The notes under the pieces: generated by a model
Told to the model about the DNA's origin: nothing
Database searches by the model: none
What the model saw: only the letters and a program-made list of their open reading frames with translations
Made by a program: the position numbers and the translations under genes
Source: Pseudomonadota bacterium
GTDB lineage: Bacteria > Actinomycetota > Thermoleophilia > Gaiellales > Gaiellaceae
DNA length: 64,000 bases
Assembly (NCBI GenBank): GCA_050262775.1
Contig: JBLNEO010000116.1
Coordinates: 6,176-70,175 of the forward strand
Direction: 5' to 3'
Shown: positions 27,133-36,849 of the stretch, one piece after another
How positions within the stretch are numbered: the stretch's first letter is position 1
Layout: each line of letters starts with the position of its first letter

Positions 27133-28587
27133 GTGACGGCCACCCGACACCGGCTGATCGTCGTCTCGAACCGCGGGCCCGTCGGCTTCGCGCGCGACCG
27201 GCACGGCGAGCGCGTGGCGCGCCGCGGCGGCGGGGGCCTCGTGACCGCGCTCCGGAGTCTCGTCGCGCACCACGACGTGACGTGGATCGCGAGCGCGATC
27301 AGCGACGAGGACCGGCTCGTCGCCGCCGAGACACGGGGCGCCGTCGACGAGCACGTCCGGGACGGGTTGCCCATCCGGCTTCGGCTCGTCGCGCACGATC
27401 CCGCGGCGTACGACCGCTTCTACAACGTCGTCGCGAACCCGACGCTCTGGTTCCTCCAGCACCACCTGTGGGACCTCGCGCGGCACCCCAGTCTCGACGC
27501 CGCGTTCGGTGTGGCCTGGGAGGACGGCTACGTCGCCGTGAACCGCGGGTTCGCCGACGCCGTGCTCGACGAGCTCGACGTCCGGCCGGACGCGACCGTC
27601 TTCTTCCACGACTACCACCTCTACCTGGCGCCGCGGTTCGTCCGGGACGCGCGGCCGGACGCGGTGCTCGCGCACTTCGTCCACATCCCGTGGCCCGGCA
27701 CCGACCTGTGGCACGTCCTCGCCGAGCCGATGCGGCGGGCCATCCACGACGGGCTGCTCGCGAACGACGTGGTCGGGTTCCACACGGAGCGCTGGGCGCG
27801 CAACTTCCGCCGCTCGGCTCGCGACCTCCTCGGGGAAGACGCGCTCGACCGCACGCGCGTGACCGCGCACCCGGTCTCGGTCGACGTCGAGGAGTTCCGC
27901 GCGCTGGCGCGGAGCGACGCCGTCCGGGAGCGGGAGCGCGCGCTTGCGGCGCGGCGTCCGGAGAAGGTCGTCCTCCGCGTCGACCGCACGGATCCGTCGA
28001 AGAACGTCGTGCGCGGGTTCCTCGCCTACGAGCTGTTCCTCGACGCCCACCCCGAGTGGCACCGGCGCGTCTCGATGCTCGCCCTCCTCGACCCGTCGCG
28101 TCAGGACATCCCGGAGTACACGGAGTACCTCGGCGCGATCGAGCGTGAGGCGCGTCGGATCAACGGTCGCTTCGCCGCCGCCGACTGGACGCCGATCGAC
28201 CTCCGCGTGGAGGACGACTTCCCCGCCTCGCTCGCTGCCTACAAGCAGTACGACGTCCTGCTCGTGAACGCCGTCTTCGACGGCCTCAACCTCGTCGCCA
28301 AGGAGGCGCCGCTCGTGAACGAGCGTGACGGCGTCGTCGTCCTCTCGGAGAACGCCGGCGCGCACGAGGAGCTCGGTGCGTGGGCGGTGACCGTGAACCC
28401 GTTCGACGTCGGCGCGCAGGCGGAGGCGTTGCACCGGGCGCTGACGATGGAGGGGGCCGAGCGCGCGCGGCGCGCGGCCGCCATCCGCGCCTGGGTCGCC
28501 GAGCACGACCTCGCGGCGTGGCTCGACCTCCAGCTGGCGGACTTCGGCGCCGCGGCCGAGCGTCGGTCCGCCGTCGCACGGCGCTAG
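27133..28587 (+). CDS. otsA: Alpha,alpha-trehalose-phosphate synthase OtsA (GT20)
   Basis: LIVVSNRGP, GGLVTAL, NP.LWFLQH, HDYHL, FVHIPWP, LVNAVFDGLNLVAKE. Confidence 0.88.
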   Translation: MTATRHRLIVVSNRGPVGFARDRHGERVARRGGGGLVTALRSLVAHHDVTWIASAISDEDRLVAAETRGAVDEHVRDGLPIRLRLVAHDPAAYDRFYNVVANPTLWFLQHHLWDLARHPSLDAAFGVAWEDGYVAVNRGFADAVLDELDVRPDATVFFHDYHLYLAPRFVRDARPDAVLAHFVHIPWPGTDLWHVLAEPMRRAIHDGLLANDVVGFHTERWARNFRRSARDLLGEDALDRTRVTAHPVSVDVEEFRALARSDAVRERERALAARRPEKVVLRVDRTDPSKNVVRGFLAYELFLDAHPEWHRRVSMLALLDPSRQDIPEYTEYLGAIEREARRINGRFAAADWTPIDLRVEDDFPASLAAYKQYDVLLVNAVFDGLNLVAKEAPLVNERDGVVVLSENAGAHEELGAWAVTVNPFDVGAQAEALHRALTMEGAERARRAAAIRAWVAEHDLAAWLDLQLADFGAAAERRSAVARR

Positions 28588-28596
28588 CCTGCAGCC

Positions 28597-30171
28597 ATGG
28601 CCGTCGTGGCGACGGGCGAGCTCGTCTCGATCGACCCGGCGACGCTCGCCGAGGTCGGCCGCGTTCGCCGAACCGCTCCCGACGCGGTGGGCGCGCTCGT
28701 CGACGAGGCGCGGCGCGAGCAGGAGCGGTGGTCGCAGAGCACGTGGGACGACCGGCGGGCGCTCCTCCGGACCGTGTCGAGGGTCCTGCTCGGCCGCCTC
28801 GACGTGCTCGCGCGCACCGTCACCGCCGAGGTCGGGAAGCCGCTCCCGGAGGCGTACCTGCACGAGGCGTACCCCGCGCTGGACGCGCTCGCCTGGCTCG
28901 TGGACGAGGCCGAGACGGCGCTCGCGACGGAGGAGGTGCCGATCCGCGTCCCGTTCCTGCGGCACAAGCGCGTCGAGCTCGTCCACGAGCCGCGCGGCGT
29001 GATCGCGATCGTCGCGTCGTGGAACTTCCCGTTCGCGATCCCGTTCGTCCAGGCGGCGACGGCGGTCGCGGCGGGGAACGCGGTCGTCGTGAAGCCGTCG
29101 GAGCTCGCGCCGTTGACCGGGGCGCTCGTCGAGGACGTGTTCCGGCGGGCCGGCGCGCCGCGCGGCCTCGTCTCGGTGGCGCAGGGCGACGGGGAGGTCG
29201 GGGACGCGCTCGTCCGCGCGCCCGGGGTGTCGAAGGTGATCTTCACGGGATCCGGCGAGGTCGGGCGGCGGGTCGCCGTCGCGGCGGCCGAGCGCCTCGT
29301 CCCGGTGACGCTCGAGCTCGGCGGCAACCACCCGATGCTGGTGCTCGACGACGCCGATCTCGAGCGAGCGGCGGCGGGGGCGGCGTGGGGGGCGTTCGCG
29401 AACTGCGGCCAGGCGTGCGTCGGCGTCGAGCGGATCTACGTCGCGCGGGAGCTCCACGACGGGTTCCTCGAGCGGCTCGCGGCCCAGGCGGGCGCGCTGC
29501 GGATCGGGCGTCCCGACGAGCGCGGCACCGAGCTCGGGCCGCTCGTCTCGGAGGCACAGCGTGCGAAGGTGGAGTCGCTGCTGGAACGGACGGGAGGGGA
29601 GGTCGTCGCCGGGGGCGGCCGCCCGTCGATCGGCCTGCCGGGGTGGTTCCACGAGCCGACCGTCGTCGCCGTGGAGGATGCCGACGACGCGCTGGCGGCC
29701 GGGGAGGTGTTCGGGCCGGTCGTCGCGGTCACGCCGGTCGACTCCGACGACGAGGCCGTCCGACGCGCGAACGCCTCGCCGCTCGCGCTCGGCGCGAGCA
29801 TCTGGACGCGTGACGCCGCCCGTGCCCGCTCGCTGGCCGCACGGCTCGACGCGGGGATGGTGTGGACGAACGACGTCGGGTACTCGTGGGGCGTCGCCGG
29901 TGCCGCGTGGGGCGGCCGCAAGGCGTCGGGCTACGGGACGACGCGCTCGCGGTACGCGCTCCTCGACGTGACGCAGCCGAAGGTCGTGGACGACGATCCG
30001 GGACGCGTCCCGGTGCCGTGGTGGTACCCGTACGGCTCGCACGCGGCGGAGGGCTTCCGCGGCCTGCTCGAAGCGACGTACGGCCAGGGGCTGCTGCCGC
30101 GCGCCGTCGGCGTGGCCCGCGGCTGGCGCGGCCTCGCGGGGCTCGCGCGACGGTACGCTCAGCGCCCGTGA
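28597..30171 (+). CDS. NAD(P)-dependent aldehyde dehydrogenase family protein
   Basis: WNFP, KPSE, LELGGN and [10 protein letters not shown] (catalytic Cys) motifs. Confidence 0.9.
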   Translation: MAVVATGELVSIDPATLAEVGRVRRTAPDAVGALVDEARREQERWSQSTWDDRRALLRTVSRVLLGRLDVLARTVTAEVGKPLPEAYLHEAYPALDALAWLVDEAETALATEEVPIRVPFLRHKRVELVHEPRGVIAIVASWNFPFAIPFVQAATAVAAGNAVVVKPSELAPLTGALVEDVFRRAGAPRGLVSVAQGDGEVGDALVRAPGVSKVIFTGSGEVGRRVAVAAAERLVPVTLELGGNHPMLVLDDADLERAAAGAAWGAFANCGQACVGVERIYVARELHDGFLERLAAQAGALRIGRPDERGTELGPLVSEAQRAKVESLLERTGGEVVAGGGRPSIGLPGWFHEPTVVAVEDADDALAAGEVFGPVVAVTPVDSDDEAVRRANASPLALGASIWTRDAARARSLAARLDAGMVWTNDVGYSWGVAGAAWGGRKASGYGTTRSRYALLDVTQPKVVDDDPGRVPVPWWYPYGSHAAEGFRGLLEATYGQGLLPRAVGVARGWRGLAGLARRYAQRP

Positions 30172-30608
30172 GCGACTTCTCCCACGTGGGCGAGGCCGGC
30201 GACGTGCGGATGGTCGACGTCGGCGCGAAGCCCGTGCAGCGGCGGCGTGCCGTCGCCGCGGCGACCGTGCGCATGGCGCCCGAGACCGTCCGCCGGCTGC
30301 GCGAGCTCCCCAAGGGCGATGCACTCGCGACGGCGCGCCTCGCCGGGATCATGGCCGCGAAGCGGACGAGCGACCTGATCCCGCTCTGTCACCCGCTGCC
30401 GCTCACCCACGTGGAGGTCGAGCTCGAGCTCGGCGACGACACGGTCGAGATCACCGCCGCGGCGGCGACGGCGGCGCAGACCGGCGTCGAGATGGAGGCG
30501 CTGACCGCCGCCTCGATCGCGGCGCTCACCATCTACGACATGGCGAAGGCGGTCGACAAGGCGATGGTCGTCGAGTCGGTGCGCCTCGTGGAGAAGTCGA
30601 AGGAGTGA
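30168..30608 (+). CDS. moaC: Cyclic pyranopterin monophosphate synthase MoaC
   Basis: [43 protein letters not shown] overlap with the ALDH stop. Confidence 0.93.
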   Translation: MSDFSHVGEAGDVRMVDVGAKPVQRRRAVAAATVRMAPETVRRLRELPKGDALATARLAGIMAAKRTSDLIPLCHPLPLTHVEVELELGDDTVEITAAAATAAQTGVEMEALTAASIAALTIYDMAKAVDKAMVVESVRLVEKSKE

Positions 30609-31084
30609 CCGCCGCCGTTCTGACCGTCTCGGACGGGGTCGCGGCCGGCGAGCGCGAGGATCGCAGCGGCGCGCTCCTCGTCGAGCTGCTCGAAGGCGAG
30701 GGCTTCACGGTCGCGCACCGCGTCGTCCCCGACGAGCGCGAGCGGATCGCGGCGGCGATCGCGGAGCTCGCCGCGGACGCCCGGCTCGTCCTCACGACCG
30801 GGGGGACGGGCCTCGGCCCCCGGGACGTGACGCCCGAGGCGACGCGCTCGGTGCTCGACCGGGAGGCGCCTGGCATCGCCGAGGCGCTCCGGGCCGACTC
30901 GATCGCGAAGACGCCGCACGGGCTGCTCGGCCGCGGGGTGGCGGGCGTCCGCGGGAGCACGCTCGTGGTGAACCTCCCCGGCTCGACCGGCGGGTGCCGC
31001 GACGGCTTCGCGATCCTGCGGCCGGCGCTCGGACACGCACTCGAGCTCCTGGCCGGCGAGCCGTCCGAGCACGTCCAGACGTGA
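30605..31084 (+). CDS. moaB: MoaB/Mog-type molybdenum cofactor biosynthesis protein
   Basis: TVSDG....DRSG...[18 protein letters not shown]; MogA/MoaB fold length. Confidence 0.85.
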   Translation: MTAAVLTVSDGVAAGEREDRSGALLVELLEGEGFTVAHRVVPDERERIAAAIAELAADARLVLTTGGTGLGPRDVTPEATRSVLDREAPGIAEALRADSIAKTPHGLLGRGVAGVRGSTLVVNLPGSTGGCRDGFAILRPALGHALELLAGEPSEHVQT

Positions 31085-31944
31085 CCGACACGCTCGCACC
31101 GCTGCCCGTCCGCTTCGCACGCCTCGTGAAGATCGAGCACACGGTGTTCGCGCTCCCGTTCGCGTACGTGGGCGCGCTGCTCGCCGTCGACGGGTGGCCC
31201 GGCTGGGGCGAGATGCTCTGGCTCACGGTCGCGATGGCGGGCGCCCGCTCGCTCGCGATGGCGCTGAACCGGCTCGTCGACGCGGAGATCGACGCGCGGA
31301 ACCCGCGGACGGCCTCCCGCGAGCTGCCCTCCGGCCAGCTCGGCCGCACGCAGGTCGTCGCGTTCTGCGTCGTCTCGCTCGCCGTGTTCCTCGTCGCGGT
31401 CTGGCAGCTCGACCCGCTCGTCCGCTGGCTGTGGCCGATCCCCGTGGCGGCGTTCGTCGTCTACCCGTACCTGAAGCGCTTCACGTGGCTCGCGCACCTC
31501 TGGCTGGGCGCGGTCGACGGGCTCGCGCCGGTGGGCGCGTGGGTCGCGGTGACCGGCGAGCTGCCGTGGGAGGCGTGGGCGCTCGGCGGCGCGGTCGCCT
31601 TCTGGGTCGGCGGGTTCGACCTCTTCTACGCCCTGTTCGACCGCGAGGTCGACCTGCGCGAGGGGCTCCGGTCGTGGGCGACGCGGTTCGGCGTCCGCGG
31701 GGTGTTCGTCGGCGCGCGCATCTTCCACGTGCTCACGATCGTGCTGCTCGCCGTCGCCGGGCTCGGGCTCGGCGTCGGGGGGTTCTACTGGGTCGGCGTC
31801 GCCGCCGTCGCGGCGCTGATGCTCTACGAGCATCTGATCGTGCGACCCGACGACCTGCGGCGGCTCGATGCGGCGTTCTTCACCGTGAACGGCGTGATCA
31901 GCGTCGTCTTCTGCGCGTTCGTCGCCCTCGACGTGCTGCTCTAG
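31081..31944 (+). CDS. UbiA-family aromatic prenyltransferase (4-hydroxybenzoate polyprenyltransferase / MqnP-like)
   Basis: KIEHTVFALPFA, NRLVDAEIDARNPRT and D..YA..D motifs with 8-9 TM helices. GTGA overlap with moaB. Confidence 0.85.
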   Translation: MTDTLAPLPVRFARLVKIEHTVFALPFAYVGALLAVDGWPGWGEMLWLTVAMAGARSLAMALNRLVDAEIDARNPRTASRELPSGQLGRTQVVAFCVVSLAVFLVAVWQLDPLVRWLWPIPVAAFVVYPYLKRFTWLAHLWLGAVDGLAPVGAWVAVTGELPWEAWALGGAVAFWVGGFDLFYALFDREVDLREGLRSWATRFGVRGVFVGARIFHVLTIVLLAVAGLGLGVGGFYWVGVAAVAALMLYEHLIVRPDDLRRLDAAFFTVNGVISVVFCAFVALDVLL

Positions 31945-32657
31945 ACGGCGCGCAGGCCCTCTGCCGTCGCCATCACCGTCGCGCGGTCCGGGACGACCAG
32001 CGCCTTCCTGCCGAACGCCGCCTTCACCGCCGTCGGCCGGCCGAGCCGGATCCACAGCGGCCGGCGGACGCCGAGCCGCAGCGTGCGGCCGCGGTGCAGC
32101 GTGCCCGACCAGACGAGCCTGCCGGTCGCGCGCGAGCGACGGACCTCGACCCACGAGTCGGCGATCCCCGTCAGCAGCAGCGGCCGGACCGGCTTCGGCG
32201 CCGCGGACGGTGCAGGGCGCGTGGTCGGCGCCGGCGTCGCCGTCGGCACCGCCGCGGCCGTCTGCCGCGTGGACGTGCCGTCGTCCGCGAGCTGCCAGGC
32301 GCCGACCGCGAGCACGAGCGCGAGGCCGGCCGCCGCCGCGGCCCCGGCGCCGAGCCACGGCCGGCGGATCGGCTCGTAGGGCACCTGCGCCTGCGGGGCG
32401 ATCGGCTCCTCGACCTCTCGCCGACGCGCGCGGAAGTGCGCCAGGAACTGCTGCGGATCGAGTTCGAGGTGTGCCGCGTACGTGCGCATGAAGGCCTTCG
32501 CGTAGGCCTCGGCGGGGAGCTCGTCCCAACGCTCGTCCTCGATCGCCTCGAGGTAGCGCCGGCGGATCCGGGTCGTGCTCTCGACGGACTCCAGCGTGAG
32601 GCCGCGCCGGATGCGCTCCTCGCGGAGGCTCGCGCCGATGCCGAGCGTCTCGAGCAT
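31941..32657 (-). CDS. RodZ-like HTH domain membrane protein (HTH_25, TM, DUF4115-like C-terminus)
   Basis: GASLREERIRRGLTLESVESTTRIRRRYLEAIE N-terminus, a single TM, and a beta-rich C-terminal domain. Confidence 0.7.
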   Translation of the reverse strand: MLETLGIGASLREERIRRGLTLESVESTTRIRRRYLEAIEDERWDELPAEAYAKAFMRTYAAHLELDPQQFLAHFRARRREVEEPIAPQAQVPYEPIRRPWLGAGAAAAAGLALVLAVGAWQLADDGTSTRQTAAAVPTATPAPTTRPAPSAAPKPVRPLLLTGIADSWVEVRRSRATGRLVWSGTLHRGRTLRLGVRRPLWIRLGRPTAVKAAFGRKALVVPDRATVMATAEGLRAV

Positions 32658-32692
32658 GGACGGTCCTCGTTCGCGCGGCGTCCCCCGACTCC

Positions 32693-32698
32693 TACACT
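32693..32698 (+). promoter_or_regulatory. Candidate -10 (TACACT) for a leaderless ccmA transcript
   Basis: TANNNT lies 6 nt before GTG 32705. Confidence 0.4.
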
Positions 32699-32704
32699 GG
32701 CGCG

Positions 32705-33289
32705 GTGATCCGTGCCCGCGGCCTCGAGAAGCGCTACGGGACGAAGCGTGTCCTGCACGGCGTCGAGCTCGACGTCGAACGCGGCGCCTTCGCCGTCGTC
32801 ACCGGCCCGAACGGCTCGGGGAAGACGACCCTGCTGCGCCTCGTGGCCGGGCTGCTCGTGCCGACGCGCGGCGAGCTCGAGGTCGACGTCGACCGGGGCC
32901 GTGTCGGCTTCCTCGCGCACGAGCCCCTCGTCTACCGCGATCTGACCGCGGTCGAGAACCTCGACCTCTTCGGCCGCCTCTACCGCGTCCCCGAGCGGCG
33001 AGAGCGGATCGGGATGCTGCTCGAGCGCTTCGGCCTCTGGGACGCGCGGCGCGAGCGCGTGCGGGCGTACTCGCGCGGGATGCAGCAGCGGCTCGCGCTG
33101 TGCCGCGCGCTCCTCCACGACCCGGACCTCCTGCTGCTCGACGAGCCGTACAACGCGCTCGACGCGGAGGGCGCGGCCCTGCTCGACCGGGAGCTCGCGG
33201 AGCTGGCCGGCGACCGGACCTTCGTCGTCGCCACGCACGACCCCGACCGGCTGGCGCCGCTCGCGACGACGCGCGTCGCGTTCGGATGA
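32705..33289 (+). CDS. ccmA: Heme exporter ABC ATPase CcmA-like
   Basis: Walker A GPNGSGKTT, signature-like SRGMQQR, Walker B LLLLDEP. Short (194 aa), as CcmA is, and followed by ccmB/ccmC. Confidence 0.78.
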   Translation: MIRARGLEKRYGTKRVLHGVELDVERGAFAVVTGPNGSGKTTLLRLVAGLLVPTRGELEVDVDRGRVGFLAHEPLVYRDLTAVENLDLFGRLYRVPERRERIGMLLERFGLWDARRERVRAYSRGMQQRLALCRALLHDPDLLLLDEPYNALDAEGAALLDRELAELAGDRTFVVATHDPDRLAPLATTRVAFG

Positions 33290-33924
33290 GCGGCTACCTC
33301 CGAGACGCGGCGGCGCTCGCGCGGAAGGACCTGTTGCTGGAGCTGCGCGGCCGCGAGCTCCTGCCGTCGATGGCGCTGTTCGTGATCGCGACCCTCGTCG
33401 CGTTCCGGTTCGCCCTGACGGCCGAGCAGGAGGCGGCCTCGCAGGGGCTCCTGTGGGTGGCGATCCTCTTCACGGCGCTCCTCGGTCTCGGCCGCGCGTT
33501 CGTGCCCGAGCGGGAGCAGGGGATCCTGGACGCGCTCGTGCTCGCGCCGTGCGACCGCAGCGCGATCTGGCTCGGGAAGGTGCTCGCGACGATGGCGTTC
33601 CTCGTCGTCGTCGAGGCGGTCGCGCTCCCCGCGTTCGCGCTCTTCTTCGGGGGCGTCTCCGCGCCGACGGTCGCGGCCGTCGCGCTCGCGAACGTCGGGA
33701 TCTGCGCCGTGGGGACGCTGCTCGCGGCGATGGCCGTCGCGGGTCGCGCCCGCGAGGTGCTCCTGCCGCTCCTCTTCCTCCCGCTCGCGATCCCCGTCGT
33801 GGTCGGCGGCGTCGGTGCCACGGTGGCCGACGACCCCGGCCGCTACCTGGCCTTCCTGGGCCTCTACGACGGCGTTTTCGCGATACTTGCCTGGGCCACC
33901 TTTGAGTACGTCGTCGTCGAATAG
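33286..33924 (+). CDS. ccmB: Heme exporter protein CcmB-like
   Basis: 6-TM protein with FVPEREQGILDALVLAP, typical of CcmB. ATGA overlap with ccmA. Confidence 0.78.
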   Translation: MSGYLRDAAALARKDLLLELRGRELLPSMALFVIATLVAFRFALTAEQEAASQGLLWVAILFTALLGLGRAFVPEREQGILDALVLAPCDRSAIWLGKVLATMAFLVVVEAVALPAFALFFGGVSAPTVAAVALANVGICAVGTLLAAMAVAGRAREVLLPLLFLPLAIPVVVGGVGATVADDPGRYLAFLGLYDGVFAILAWATFEYVVVE

Positions 33925-33934
33925 GAACGGGGCC

Positions 33935-34594
33935 GTGCTGGCCCTGGCCACGCTCGTCCTGCTCGGGGGCGGCATCGCCCTGGCGCTCCTGTGGGCGCCC
34001 GAGGACGCCGACCAGGGGCCGAGCCAGCGCATCTTCTACATCCACGTCCCGCTCGCGCTGACGGCGTACGCGTGCTTCTTCTGGGGCGCGTGGAAGGGAC
34101 TGCGCCTCCTCTGGACGCGCGAGCAGCGCTACGACCTCGAGGGGTACACGGCGATCCACCTCGGTCTGATCTTCGGCCTGCTCACGCTCGCCACCGGATC
34201 GATCTGGGCGAAGATCTCCTGGGGCGTGTGGTGGAGCTGGGGCGAGCGCCAGCTCGTGCTCTTCCTGATCCTGTTCCTCTTCTACTCGGCGTACTTCATG
34301 CTGCGCTACTCGCTCGAGCCCGGGGCGTCGCGCGCGAACATCTCCGCCGTGTACGCGCTCCTCGGCGTCGTGCTGATCCCCGTCTCGTTCCTCGCGATCC
34401 GGCTCGCCGAGAACTTCATCCACCCGGTGGTGTTCACGCGCGACGTGCAGGACAACCTCCCGACGGAGATGCTCGTGACGTTCTGCGTCTGCCTCGCCGG
34501 GATGCTCGCGCTGGCCGCGACGCTCTACCGCAACGAGCTGCTCGGGAAGCGCCTGGACGAGCGGCTGCGCGAGCTGCGCGAGGCGCTGGCGTGA
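33935..34594 (+). CDS. ccmC: Heme exporter protein CcmC-like (variant W-rich motif)
   Basis: RIFYIHVP (first heme-ligand His context) and a W-rich loop WAKISWGVWWSWGERQ aligned to the canonical WGxxWxWD. GTG 33935. Confidence 0.78.
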   Translation: MLALATLVLLGGGIALALLWAPEDADQGPSQRIFYIHVPLALTAYACFFWGAWKGLRLLWTREQRYDLEGYTAIHLGLIFGLLTLATGSIWAKISWGVWWSWGERQLVLFLILFLFYSAYFMLRYSLEPGASRANISAVYALLGVVLIPVSFLAIRLAENFIHPVVFTRDVQDNLPTEMLVTFCVCLAGMLALAATLYRNELLGKRLDERLRELREALA

Positions 34595-34746
34595 GCTCGG
34601 GCGAGAAGTACCTGTCGGCGGCGTACGTCGTCGTCCTCCTCACGGTGCTCGGCTACCTCCTCATCCACTCGCTGCGGCTCTCGCGGCTCGCCCGCGAGAT
34701 CGACGAGCTGGCCGAGCTCGCGCGCTCGAGGCGGGACGATGGCTGA
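34591..34746 (+). CDS. CcmD-like small single-TM protein (51 aa)
   Basis: VSSGEKYLSAAYVVVLLTVLGYLLIHSLRLSRLAREIDEL. GTGA overlap with the ccmC stop. Size, position and topology match CcmD. Confidence 0.5.
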   Translation: MSSGEKYLSAAYVVVLLTVLGYLLIHSLRLSRLAREIDELAELARSRRDDG

Positions 34747-35512
34747 GCTGCTCGTCTGGCCGGCGCTCGTCGCGTACTCGGAGGCGGCGGTGGCCTCGGC
34801 GGCCGAGGTGCGGCATCCCGGGCTCGCCGGGAGGCTCGCCGTCTGGGGCGTCCGCATCGGCTGGCTCGCGCAGACGGCGCTGCTCGCCGCCCAGGTGCAG
34901 GGGGCCGACGCGTTCCCGTGGTCGACCTGGGCAGGCGCGCTCAACCTCCTCTCGTGGCTCGTCGTCTCGGTCTACCTCGTGTGGGGCTGCCGCGCGTCGT
35001 TCCGTCTGCTCGGTCTCGCGGTGACGCCGCTTGCGGCGCTGCTGCTGGCGGTGGCGTGGGCCGGCGGCGGGACGGGCCCGGAGGGCGACCATCCGGGCGC
35101 CCTGCTCGTCCTCCACGTCGCGCTGATGCTCGCGGGCTTCGCCGCGTTCGTGCTCGCCGCCGGCCTCGCGGGTCTGTACCTGTGGCAGGAGCGACGCCTG
35201 AAGCGGCGCGAGCCGACCCTGCTCCGCCTCCGGATCCCGCCGCTCGAGACGCTCGACCGCCTCGAGTCGAGGACGCTCCTCGCGGGCCTCGGCGCGCTCA
35301 CGCTCGGGATCCTCGTCGGCGCTGCGAGCTTCGCCGTGGACGGCGGCTCCTTCGATGCGGCGATGGCCGCCACGGTCGCGGCGTGGGCCGTCTACGCCGG
35401 CTACGTGCTGCTGCGCCTCCGCGGGCTCCACGGACGCCGTTCCGCCCTCTACGCCGTCTCGGCCGTCGCCGCGCTGCTCGTCGTCCTCCCCGTCACCCAC
35501 TTCGCCGGATGA
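34739..35512 (+). CDS. CcsA-superfamily cytochrome c assembly / HemX-like membrane protein
   Basis: 8-TM protein immediately upstream of hemA, with an ATGA overlap to it. Resembles the HemX/YpjD-type members, which lack a clear WWD motif. Confidence 0.65.
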   Translation: MAELLVWPALVAYSEAAVASAAEVRHPGLAGRLAVWGVRIGWLAQTALLAAQVQGADAFPWSTWAGALNLLSWLVVSVYLVWGCRASFRLLGLAVTPLAALLLAVAWAGGGTGPEGDHPGALLVLHVALMLAGFAAFVLAAGLAGLYLWQERRLKRREPTLLRLRIPPLETLDRLESRTLLAGLGALTLGILVGAASFAVDGGSFDAAMAATVAAWAVYAGYVLLRLRGLHGRRSALYAVSAVAALLVVLPVTHFAG

Positions 35513-36726
35513 GACTCGTGCTCGTGGGCACGTCGCACCACCAGGCCCCCGTGGAGCTGCGCGAGCGCGTCGCGCTCGACCGCGCGAACGCCGCGCGCGC
35601 CGCGTCGCAGCTCGCGGCGGGCGGTGCCGAGGCCGTCGTGCTCTCGACGTGCAACCGGACGGAGGCGTACGTCGCACACGAGGACGACGCGGCCGCCGAG
35701 GCGATCGCGGCGACGCTCTTTCCCGACCCCGAGCTGACGCCCGCGCTCTACCGGCTGCGCGACGAGGCCGCGGCGCTCCATCTGTTCCGCGTCGCCGCCG
35801 GCCTCGACTCGCTCGTCCCCGGCGAGGGCGAGATCCTGGGGCAGGTGCGCGCGGCGTACGAGATCGGCGCGCCCGGACCGCTCCTCGACCACCTGTTCCG
35901 GCAGGCGCTCCATGCAGGGAAGAAGGTGCGGACCCAGACGGCGATCGCCGAGAGCCCGGCCTCGGTCTCGGCCGCCGCCGCGTCGCTCGCGCAGTCCGTG
36001 TTCGGCGACCTCGCCGGACGGCGGATCCTCCTCGTGGGCGCCGGGAAGGTCTCGGAGCTGGCCGCGCGGAACCTCAGCTCCCGCGGCGCCGACGTCGCGG
36101 TCGTCGCCAACCGGACGCAGGAGCGCGCCTCCGACCTGGCCGCGCGTCTCGGCGCCGAGGCGCTGCCGCTCGACCGGATCCGGGAGGAGCTGGGACGGGC
36201 GGACGTCGTCGTCGCGTCCACGAGCGCCCCGGGCCTCGTGATCCGGGCCGAGGACGTGCCGCCGCGCAGGGGGCGGCCGCTCCTGCTCGTCGACCTGGCG
36301 GTCCCGCGCGACCTCGACCCCGCGATCCACGAGCTCGACGGGTGCTTCCTCTACGACATCGACGACCTCGAGGCGGTCGTCGCCGAGTCCCTCGCCTCGC
36401 GCCGCGGGGAGGCGGAGCGGGCCGAGCGGCTCGTCGCCGCCGAGGCGGACGCGTGGCGCGAGTGGCAGGCCTCGCTCGAGGTCGTCCCGGCGATCGCGTC
36501 GCTCAGGGCACGCGCCGAGGAGATCCGCCGCGCGGAGCTCGACCGCGTCTCGGCGCGGCTCTCCGACGAGGAGCGGCGTGCGCTCGAATCGGTCACCTCG
36601 CGGATGCTCGACAAGCTGCTCCACCTGCCGACCGTGCGGATGAAGCAGGCGGCGGTGACAGCCGACGGGGTCGTCTATGCTGACGCGGTGCGCCACCTGT
36701 TCGGCCTCGGGGAGGACCAGCGCTGA
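35509..36726 (+). CDS. hemA: Glutamyl-tRNA reductase
   Basis: GTSHH.AP...RE, STCNRTE, GEGEILGQV and GAGK motifs. Confidence 0.93.
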   Translation: MRLVLVGTSHHQAPVELRERVALDRANAARAASQLAAGGAEAVVLSTCNRTEAYVAHEDDAAAEAIAATLFPDPELTPALYRLRDEAAALHLFRVAAGLDSLVPGEGEILGQVRAAYEIGAPGPLLDHLFRQALHAGKKVRTQTAIAESPASVSAAAASLAQSVFGDLAGRRILLVGAGKVSELAARNLSSRGADVAVVANRTQERASDLAARLGAEALPLDRIREELGRADVVVASTSAPGLVIRAEDVPPRRGRPLLLVDLAVPRDLDPAIHELDGCFLYDIDDLEAVVAESLASRRGEAERAERLVAAEADAWREWQASLEVVPAIASLRARAEEIRRAELDRVSARLSDEERRALESVTSRMLDKLLHLPTVRMKQAAVTADGVVYADAVRHLFGLGEDQR

Positions 36727-36849
36727 CGGCCCTCCGCTCGCTGACGGGGCGCCCGCTCCCGGTGCAGGCCCCGACGGCGTTCGTGCGTGTCCGCCCCCGC
36801 GAGACGCGGAGCTGCGGGTTGACGAAGCCGCGTCATCTGCGCTGCGGCG

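Noticed and set aside
36727-36849. The 123-bp hemA-hemC gap, an exception to the tight coupling of the cluster, as a possible small ORF or regulatory RNA.
   Set aside because: It holds only a 7-bp stem with an 18-nt loop (GACGCGG...CCGCGTC). No ORF there has a start signal, and no recognisable motif is present.
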